Shown one piece after another: positions 53,794 to 64,000 of a stretch of DNA of 64,000 bases; the stretch's first letter is position 1, and each line of letters starts with the position of its first letter. The position numbers and the translations under genes were made by a program. Under the pieces are notes generated by a model. The model ran no database searches and was not told the DNA's origin. It saw only the letters and a program-made list of their open reading frames with translations. The DNA lies in contig JBBRNR010000009.1 of the NCBI GenBank assembly GCA_038230215.1, forward strand, positions 30,386-94,385. Reading direction: 5' to 3'. Source of the DNA: Chthoniobacterales bacterium. GTDB taxonomy: Bacteria; Verrucomicrobiota; Verrucomicrobiia; Chthoniobacterales; DASVRZ01.

Positions 53794-54686
53794 TACAATT
53801 CCTTTTTCACGAAGATGAACTGCGCCGCCAGCGTGTAAAAAAGGATATAGAGACAGCCGAGTCCGCAGGTTTTCAGGAACAGCGCGGTCGCCACCGGATT
53901 GCCAGCAACGATGTCATCCACGAGGTTGAACAACTGCAAATCGGGAAAGACGAGCGAGATCAACGCCGTGAAAACCCGCGTAAACCACGTCACATGCCCA
54001 TCGGCGAGCCAGTATTCGCGGGCGGTCGATTGCAGGTGGCCGATGAAATACACAACCACCGCCACGATGGTACTGAAGATAGCGGATGAGGCAAAAGTCG
54101 AGATGAGTAGCGTCAGCGACGCGAGCAGACAGGCCTTGATGTAGATCAGCGCGACGCCTTGGAAAATGGCCGGGGTCAGACCCGCCGCGCGGACTTCCCG
54201 CAGCTTGACCGCCAAGTCCTCGGGACTGCGGGCAAACTCCGTCTGCACCTGAGCCAGCACCGTCGTTTGCCGCAGCCAGAGCACCGCGACGAAGACGAGT
54301 GACATGCATATCACGGAGATGAGTAGGAGCAAAAAGACGCCGAGCAGTTTCCCGACGAGATACTCAAAACGCGGCACCGGTTTTGCCAGAATCGTGTAGA
54401 GCGTGCGGTCCTCGATGTCCTTCGGCAGTAGATTGGCCGTCGCAAGGATCGCCAGGAGCGAGGTGAAAATCGTCATCGCCCCAAGCGATGCATCCTTCAG
54501 CACCTGAAACTCCTGCTGGAAGGTGAATTGGATCATGAAAATGGAACTCCCGATGATCACCAGCGCGAAGAGAAGCAGGAAATAAAACACCTTCAGACGC
54601 ACCAGTTCGGTGAGGGTATTCCAGGCGATGGCCTGGACACGGGAAACGGAAAACAGTTTCCGCTTTCTGGGTAGGGTAGTGGTCAT
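53793..54686 (-). CDS. ABC-2 type transporter permease
   Basis: DIEDRTLYTILAKPV.R.EY.VGK.LG; multiple TM helices. Confidence 0.88.
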   Translation of the reverse strand: MTTTLPRKRKLFSVSRVQAIAWNTLTELVRLKVFYFLLLFALVIIGSSIFMIQFTFQQEFQVLKDASLGAMTIFTSLLAILATANLLPKDIEDRTLYTILAKPVPRFEYLVGKLLGVFLLLLISVICMSLVFVAVLWLRQTTVLAQVQTEFARSPEDLAVKLREVRAAGLTPAIFQGVALIYIKACLLASLTLLISTFASSAIFSTIVAVVVYFIGHLQSTAREYWLADGHVTWFTRVFTALISLVFPDLQLFNLVDDIVAGNPVATALFLKTCGLGCLYILFYTLAAQFIFVKKEL

Positions 54687-55528
54687 TTTTTCTCTGTCTC
54701 CTCCAGGAACAGCCGCTCCAAAGTCGTCTGCGGACGTCGGGCAAAGAGGACTTGCGCCTCGTTCTCCGCGACCAGCGCCTCGATTTTTTTCAGCAATTCC
54801 GGGGTCGCGTCCTGGAGGATGATCTCGGTCTGGTTCTCAATGGAAATCAGCTCTTCCAGCGGACCTTCGCGAACCATGAGGCCTTTCGCGAGAATGCCGA
54901 CGCGGTCGCAGATTTCCTGCACCTGCGCGAGCAGATGCGAGCAGAGCAGGACGGTGATTCCTTTCGATTTGAGTCCCACGATCATGTCGCGAATTTCCCG
55001 TGAACCCGCCGGATCGACGCCCGCCGTCGGCTCGTCGAGCACCAGCAAGCGCGGCTCCTGCACCATCGCCTGCGCGATGCCGATCCGTTGCAACATTCCT
55101 TTTGAGTAACCGCCCAACCGACGATGACGCGCATCCGTCAGCCCGACGAGTTCGAGCAGAGTCTCAATGCGAGTTTCGAGGTAATCACGTTTCAACCCGC
55201 AGATTTTCCCATAGAACCGGATCGCCTCCTCGCCAGTCAGATATTTATAGAAGTAGGGATTCTCTGGCAGAAATCCCACCTCCTCGCGGCTCTCGACCAG
55301 ACTGCTGTCCTGGCCAAAAATCTCCGTAGTCCCGCGCGTCGGCGTAACGAGACCGAGGATGATCTTCAGTGTCGTGCTTTTCCCCGAGCCATTGGGGCCG
55401 AGCAACCCGTACACCTGGCCCGGTGCGACCTCCAGGGTAAGATCGCGCACCGCCACGAGCTTCTCCCGCCGAAAGGGAATCGGGTAGATTTTCGTGAGAT
55501 TGCGAACGGCAACGGCTGGGGTTTCCAT
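54683..55528 (-). CDS. ABC transporter ATP-binding protein
   Basis: GPNGSGKST, YSKGMLQR and LDEPT. Confidence 0.93.
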   Translation of the reverse strand: METPAVAVRNLTKIYPIPFRREKLVAVRDLTLEVAPGQVYGLLGPNGSGKSTTLKIILGLVTPTRGTTEIFGQDSSLVESREEVGFLPENPYFYKYLTGEEAIRFYGKICGLKRDYLETRIETLLELVGLTDARHRRLGGYSKGMLQRIGIAQAMVQEPRLLVLDEPTAGVDPAGSREIRDMIVGLKSKGITVLLCSHLLAQVQEICDRVGILAKGLMVREGPLEELISIENQTEIILQDATPELLKKIEALVAENEAQVLFARRPQTTLERLFLEETEKK

Positions 55529-55736
55529 GTACAGAGCCCCACTATTGAAAGAAACCCCGCCTCACGCAAGGGAAGTCCTGCCTCAGATTTCTGGCACTCT
55601 GGTTCCTAGGTCGAGGAAATAGCGAGCAGAAAAGCGCGGACTTGGAGCCATCCAAGAGGCATGGGCGCCTCACCGTCGCATTGCAAAGAGCGGGCGCTTA
55701 ACCTGGACTTCTATAGATCTGCTAAGGCGGAACGAG

Positions 55737-56651
55737 TTAGGGTTTTACCTCTGCCGGAGTGCTGCTGGTGAGGTTCTTCTTGAGGGTTTCGATCCATTCA
55801 CCCACTTTGGGGTGCGTAGGGTAGGTCTTGATGAGGGCAAACATTTCCTGCGTCGCACGATTCGGCTGGTCGAGAACAAGATATTCCTGGGCTCGCTGCC
55901 AGAGTAAATCCGGTCGGCGCACAGTGGCGAAATTCTTTTCTTGAAAGTCGAGTTTGGCGTTACCCGATACGGCGCTCTCCCGGGCAATTTTCGCATCCCA
56001 GTAAGCCAGCAGTGCCGGATTCTTCTGCTTGCGCCATTCGGGCATGAGATATTTCGTGGCGATCGCATCGGACTTCCCGGGATTCATTTCCCAATTTTCC
56101 GCCTTGGCTAGCTCGGGTCCAAGTCTGAGCCATTTGGCAAAAATTCCGTCGGACACAGAGTTTTTTAGCAACGATTCCTTCACATCGACAGCGCTCCAGG
56201 ACGCATCGAGTGTTCTTACATAGTCGGAGACTTGCGGCATGAGTTCCTCTGGCTTGGCGTCGGCGGCTTTCTTCAAGCTGAGGCCCAAATAGAATAGATG
56301 CAGTCGGACGGATTCGCGGAAGTCACCGTTCTTGAGCTGGTCCTCATGTTTCTTTTTCCAATCGCGAAATTGGCTGTTCTCCCGGTTCGCGCCTTGGAAT
56401 TGCGTGGCCATGAGTGCCTCCTCGTAGAGGGCGACGGCCGCTTCCTGGCTGGCCGCAGACTTGAAAACGAGGTCGAGGTTTCGCTTCTGAATCGTGCTCG
56501 AGACGTCTTTTTGTTTCGTCTGAATGTCCTGCAACTCCTGCAAAATCTGGCGCGGATCGAGCGGGTTGGCGTCATCGGCATGCGCATGGAAGCCGGGTGC
56601 AAAAGAGATCAAGGCGACTAATACGACGGTGGTCGCGGCGGATATTTTCAT
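55737..56651 (-). CDS. Exported alpha-helical hypothetical protein
   Basis: Signal peptide ending AHA; 304 aa. Confidence 0.75.
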   Translation of the reverse strand: MKISAATTVVLVALISFAPGFHAHADDANPLDPRQILQELQDIQTKQKDVSSTIQKRNLDLVFKSAASQEAAVALYEEALMATQFQGANRENSQFRDWKKKHEDQLKNGDFRESVRLHLFYLGLSLKKAADAKPEELMPQVSDYVRTLDASWSAVDVKESLLKNSVSDGIFAKWLRLGPELAKAENWEMNPGKSDAIATKYLMPEWRKQKNPALLAYWDAKIARESAVSGNAKLDFQEKNFATVRRPDLLWQRAQEYLVLDQPNRATQEMFALIKTYPTHPKVGEWIETLKKNLTSSTPAEVKP

Positions 56652-56682
56652 GTTTCTTGGGGGGGGGGTGAAATGGGATGGC

Positions 56683-56934
56683 TTATTCCGGAACCGTCGG
56701 CAAAAGCTCGTTCAGCTTGGTCTGGAAAACTTTCAGGTCCTCGGCGGTTTTCGTGGATTTTTCAAGCACAATATCGATCAGCTTCGGCACATGCTCTGCG
56801 CGGCGCTGAGAAAGCTCCGCCAGCGCCATCATCACGGCGAGCGAGTTATTGATGTCATGCTTCATTTTCCGGTAGTAGAGAACGAGATCCGCATACTCCT
56901 CTGGAGTGGGAAGGGGTTTGTCGGGTTTGCTCAT
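56683..56934 (-). CDS. Small protein resembling a stand-alone HisKA/DHp domain
   Basis: KHDINNSLAV H-box-like motif in a two-helix 83-aa protein. Confidence 0.6.
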   Translation of the reverse strand: MSKPDKPLPTPEEYADLVLYYRKMKHDINNSLAVMMALAELSQRRAEHVPKLIDIVLEKSTKTAEDLKVFQTKLNELLPTVPE

Positions 56935-57001
56935 AACGGAAAAGATTCTGGTGACTGGCGGGTGCGTGTGCTTAGGTTGCTATTTCGAGGTTTCACCCCC
57001 G

Positions 57002-59880
<2,879 letters not shown>

Positions 59881-59884
<4 letters not shown>

Positions 59885-62301
59885 AAACTGTCGCTGTCAG
59901 CCTCATTCTGCTAACCTCCGCCGCGCTGGCGCAGGAAGCCCCATTGTTTCAACAAGCCGAGGCCGCGCTCCACGAGGGCATTCCACAAGTCGGAATCCAA
60001 AAGCTTCAACTTTATCTAACTCAAAACCTTTCCGCCGATGAAAATCGACGCGTGAATCTGGAGCTGGCCCAAGCTTTTCTAACCATCAAAAAGACAGACG
60101 CCGCGCGTGAATTGCTGGGCAGGATTTCACCTGGTGAGGACGTGCAATATTGGGTTGTCCAGTCTTATCTGACCGACAACAACTGGCACGAAGTCATCGA
60201 AAAACTGCGCCCACTGCCATCTCCCGAGTCAGCCTTTTATGCCCGGGATATTTTTGCCCGTGCCGAGGCGAAACGAGGCATGGGACAACTCCAGTCGGCC
60301 TCTGCGGATTACGAATTGATCGAGAACGATCCGATGTTAGGAAGCGCCGCGCAATTACGAAGAGCCGACATCTCTCTGCAAACACTGCCTAATGTTTTAG
60401 TGAAGCTAACAGTTTCTAAGAGTCCATCGCCTGCGGCCACTTTATTGACCGCCCAAAGCTGTCTTCTCGCCAGGGATTACAAAAATGCCGAGTATCATTT
60501 TCGTTCACTGCTGGATCATCCATCTGGACTAACATCGTCCCAATACGCTGCGCTCCACTTGGGACTGGCCCGCGCCCTGGTGGAGCAAATTCACCTGGAT
60601 GACGCAGGCGATTTGCTTGAAAAATTCATCGAGGAGCGGCCGCGCCACGAGCAACTTCCCGAGGTCTTCACCGAACTCAACACGATTTATCAAAAGCAAA
60701 GTAACCCGTCGCAAAATCCACTGCGTCATTGGAGCCGCGATGCGGTGAACCCGGCGCGGCAGGCCCTGGCCATTTATTATCAGTCGCAGTTCGACCTTCG
60801 CGACAAGGGCTCCGACACCGCGTTGGCAACGCTTTCCAGTTGGCTGGACAAGTTTCCGACCCATCCCCTGCGGGCCAGTGTGTTGCTGAAGTATGGCGAA
60901 CAATTAATCTCCGAAAATAAGCTTCAAGAAAGCATTCGCCGCCTCAACGAAGGTCTGGCCCTGTCCTCGCTGCCCGCGACTACGGGTGAGTTGCATGCGA
61001 CTCTGGCCCGGGCTCTTTTTGCCAATAATCATTTCGCTCTTGCGGCAGCACATTTTAAGCTAGCCTCGCAACTTCTAACCAACTCTGCGCAAAACCTTCT
61101 CTACAACAGTGCTCTTTGTTGGTTGAGGGATTCCAACTTCAAGGAATTTCTGGTGGTCTACCAGAACTTCAGTAGTCTTTTTCCAGAGAGCAGCTTGCGC
61201 CGCGATCTGCTCATGGAGGAAGGGTTTTTTCAAGCTCGCTCTCACGAAATTGACCAGGCAAAAAGCACCCTGAATTTGTTTATTCGCGACTTTCCAGGGC
61301 ATCCGCGCATTCCCGATACCCACCTGGCTTTGGCAGAAATTTCCACCCCAAGTTCTCCGGACGAGGCGGAGCGCCAGCTTTCTCTCGTCGCGCAATCGCT
61401 TCCGTCACCGGAGACATCCGAACGCGCTGCCTATCTGAAATTCATTCAACAGATTGACACCAGCAAAACTAATTTCGATGCCAAAAAACAAATCGAGGAA
61501 TGCGAGATTTTTCTCAGGCAATATCCCCACTCGAGTTTTGAGGCGGAAGTTAGGTTTAAGTTAGGTGAAGCCCAGTTTTCCGAGAAGGATTACACTACAG
61601 CGGGTACGCAGTTTGAGTTGATCTCAACGAAATTTCCTGAGTCGCCGCTGCTCGAGCAGGCTCGTTTTCTAGCCGGACAATCGGCCATTCGCACGATGAA
61701 TCCCAGCGCTGTCGATGAGGCCATTTCCCTCTTCGAGCAGGTCGTGCGCATGAAGGGTCCGCTCCAGCCTTATGCGCGTTTCGAGCAGGCGACGGTTAAG
61801 AAAAACAGTGCGTCCTACGACGAGGCGATTGTCTTGTATAACGACTTGCTGAGTCAGACCTTGCCTTCCGATTTGTTAGCTTCCACCCTGGCGGCCAAAG
61901 CTGAGACGTTCTACTTGCAGGGAAGCAGCGACCCTAAGAAAATTGTCGCGTCCGTGGAGACTTTTAATCAATTGGCGACACTGCCCAATACTTCGCGCTA
62001 CTGGAAAAATCTGGCGCTCTACAAGAAAGGAAAGGCTCTCGAATGGCTGGGCAAAAAAGATGAGATGTTAGCGGCCTACTACGACGCACTCGCGCTGCCG
62101 ACTGATTCGAATGAAACTCCCGAATACTACTGGTTTTATCGCGCTGGATTCGACGCGGCGGAAAGCTTGGAATCCGACGAGCACTGGGAGGCCGCCATCG
62201 CCATTTATCGTAAGCTGGCCGATTCCAAAGGCCCGCGTTCTGCAGAAGCTGCGGAGCGCATCCATCGCCTGAGGCTGGAGCATTTCATTTGGGAGAAATA
62301 G
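59881..62301 (+). CDS. Large exported TPR protein
   Basis: Signal peptide; repeated F...FP.S/HP TPR units; ATGA overlap with uvrA. Confidence 0.85.
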
Positions 62302-63480
62302 CTAGTCAACCTGATAAATTCGACCTTTCCAAGTAAGCCCCTGCTTTTGATTTTTGCGGTGGCTGTTAATCGCAATCGCCGTGCCTAGCAGAAAGGCCAA
62401 TGGATGCAGCCACGCACTGAGCCAGCTCGACTGGTAACGCAGAGTGAAGATAATGCGAATGAAGATAATCAGCACTATCTGAAAGAGTAACATCAGCCAC
62501 GAGGCACTGGAGAAAGGAAGGAAAAGAAAGGGGGCAACGAAGACCAGAAACATCCCAGCATTTCCGAGGCAAAAGAGCGGGAAATTACCCTCGAAAACAG
62601 GCCAGGCATTTTTAGTAAAACCCTCCCAGAGCTGGTCGAAGGATTGATACATTCGGGTGGCAACCAGAGTGCCACCGTCGCAGTTTTTCAGGATCATTCC
62701 TTCCAAAGTTTTGCTGGCAACGAGGCGACCGAGAGCCACGTCCTCGACCATATGATTTCTCACCACCTCGTGACCGCCGATCTGGTCGTAAGCACGGCGG
62801 GTGAAGAGAATGTATTGGCCATTGGCGACGCCCATCATACGCCATTGTCGTGAGGTTAGACGCCGGCGAACGGCGGGATTTTTTTGGCCTAGAACTAGAA
62901 GCCAGTGAGGCAGCATTCCCGCTGCGGCTACGAAGAGAATGGGAATGACCAACTTCTCGCTCCAGGTTTTTGTTTCCTGCGCCGGCCACAAGGTTAGCAG
63001 ATCGGACTTGCAGTCGAATGCCTCCGCCATGACGGAGCTGAGAGCCTTCGGGGAATGGGCGGTGTCCGCGTCGGTGAAGAGCAGATATTCACCGCGAGCC
63101 GCTTGGGAAAGCTGGTGGCAGGCCCACGGTTTTCCCACCCATCCGGCTGGAAGCGGCAACCCGGAAAGAATGCGAAATTTTCCTTCATGAATGAAACCTA
63201 ACTCGCCTGCAATTTTGGCGGTCCGGTCGCTGGATTGGTCGTCGAGTAGAATGATCTCGTAGTTGAGATAATCTTGGGCTTGCAACGAACGCAGGCAACG
63301 CTCGATGCCCGCCTCTTCGTTGCGCGCCGGAACCAGAATGGACACCAGCGGACTTTGATCCGGATGAGTTTTTTTCGGAGTGAGACGGGGAACCGCAAGT
63401 TGATTCAGCAGAAAATTAATCAAGATCACCACGAGAACTAACACCACGAGCAGGTGATAGAGAAAAATGACGTTGCTCAT
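62302..63480 (-). CDS. Glycosyltransferase family 2 (CrtQ/HpnB-like)
   Basis: VSILVPARNEE, DDQSSD, GWVGKPWAC, FTDAD, VEDVALG and WKGR. Confidence 0.88.
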   Translation of the reverse strand: MSNVIFLYHLLVVLVLVVILINFLLNQLAVPRLTPKKTHPDQSPLVSILVPARNEEAGIERCLRSLQAQDYLNYEIILLDDQSSDRTAKIAGELGFIHEGKFRILSGLPLPAGWVGKPWACHQLSQAARGEYLLFTDADTAHSPKALSSVMAEAFDCKSDLLTLWPAQETKTWSEKLVIPILFVAAAGMLPHWLLVLGQKNPAVRRRLTSRQWRMMGVANGQYILFTRRAYDQIGGHEVVRNHMVEDVALGRLVASKTLEGMILKNCDGGTLVATRMYQSFDQLWEGFTKNAWPVFEGNFPLFCLGNAGMFLVFVAPFLFLPFSSASWLMLLFQIVLIIFIRIIFTLRYQSSWLSAWLHPLAFLLGTAIAINSHRKNQKQGLTWKGRIYQVD

Positions 63481-64000
63481 CTCTCTTCCGCGAGAGCCGT
63501 TAGATAGTCTCGCGCCGCTTGGCTGATCTGACCCGCCACATCGGCTCTTACCCTGGCAAACTTGGGCGTGAACCACGGGAAGAACCCGATCAGATCGTGC
63601 GTGACCAGAATCTGCCCGTCACATTCTTTTCCAGCGCCGATGCCGATGGTGGGAATGGCCACGGACTGGCTGATGAGGCGGGCGACTTCGGGTACTATCA
63701 GTTCCAATACGATGGCACTCGCCCCTGCTTTTTCGACGGCGAGCGCCTCTTCTAACAATCGGGCCGCGTCGGCCTCGGACTTGCCCTTAATCTTGTATCC
63801 GCCCTCCTCACGTACGTGCTGGGGTAGCATTCCCAAGTGGGCCACGGTGGGAATTCCATGCTGGGTGAGAGCGGAGATTTCATCAATGTGGGCACCCTCA
63901 AGCTTGACGGCTTTCGCGCCGGCTTCGATCAACTGGCGGGACGACTCCATCGCCATGTTAGGAGAATTGTAAGAGCCGAAGGGTAAATCAGCGACGACCA
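63477..64000 (-). CDS. panB: 3-methyl-2-oxobutanoate hydroxymethyltransferase (5' end outside the window)
   Basis: ADLPFGSY, AVKLEG, AHLGMLPQ and PTIGIGAG..CDGQILV.HD. Confidence 0.93.
   Translation of the reverse strand, partial: VVADLPFGSYNSPNMAMESSRQLIEAGAKAVKLEGAHIDEISALTQHGIPTVAHLGMLPQHVREEGGYKIKGKSEADAARLLEEALAVEKAGASAIVLELIVPEVARLISQSVAIPTIGIGAGKECDGQILVTHDLIGFFPWFTPKFARVRADVAGQISQAARDYLTALAEER

Overview
A 64-kb, GC-rich, mostly core bacterial chromosomal segment. Gene content (PEP-CTERM protein, DUF5069-like protein, hprK-ptsH-ptsI cluster, fused AhbAB-like gene) suggests Verrucomicrobiota; this is an inference. Housekeeping genes recognised: cysE-like, nuoD, der, pgsA-like, iscA-like, mutL, gyrB, gyrA, bioD, hprK, ptsH, ptsI, uvrA and partial panB. 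Also present: tRNA-Ala(GGC), tRNA-Asn(GTT), two hybrid sensor kinases, two ABC systems and two toxin-antitoxin-like pairs. Four kinds of unexplained structure stand out. (1) A recurring class of degenerate arrays with a 21-bp (or 42-bp) period at about 8.1, 25.7 (in frame inside mutL), 41.8, 47.5 and 51.1 kb; two lie just upstream of 238-codon predicted all-alpha hypothetical genes. (2) An integron-type cassette array without an integrase in this window (attI-like site, three attC sites, three AT-rich cassettes) at 42.9-44.3 kb, including a symmetric attC whose interior is inverted. (3) Two inverted REPIN-carrying MITE-like elements bracketing a gene with a premature stop at 8.25-9.4 kb. (4) An STT3/AglB-like glycosyltransferase with a non-canonical WWD motif. 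All calls come from reading motifs by eye; no database searches were run.
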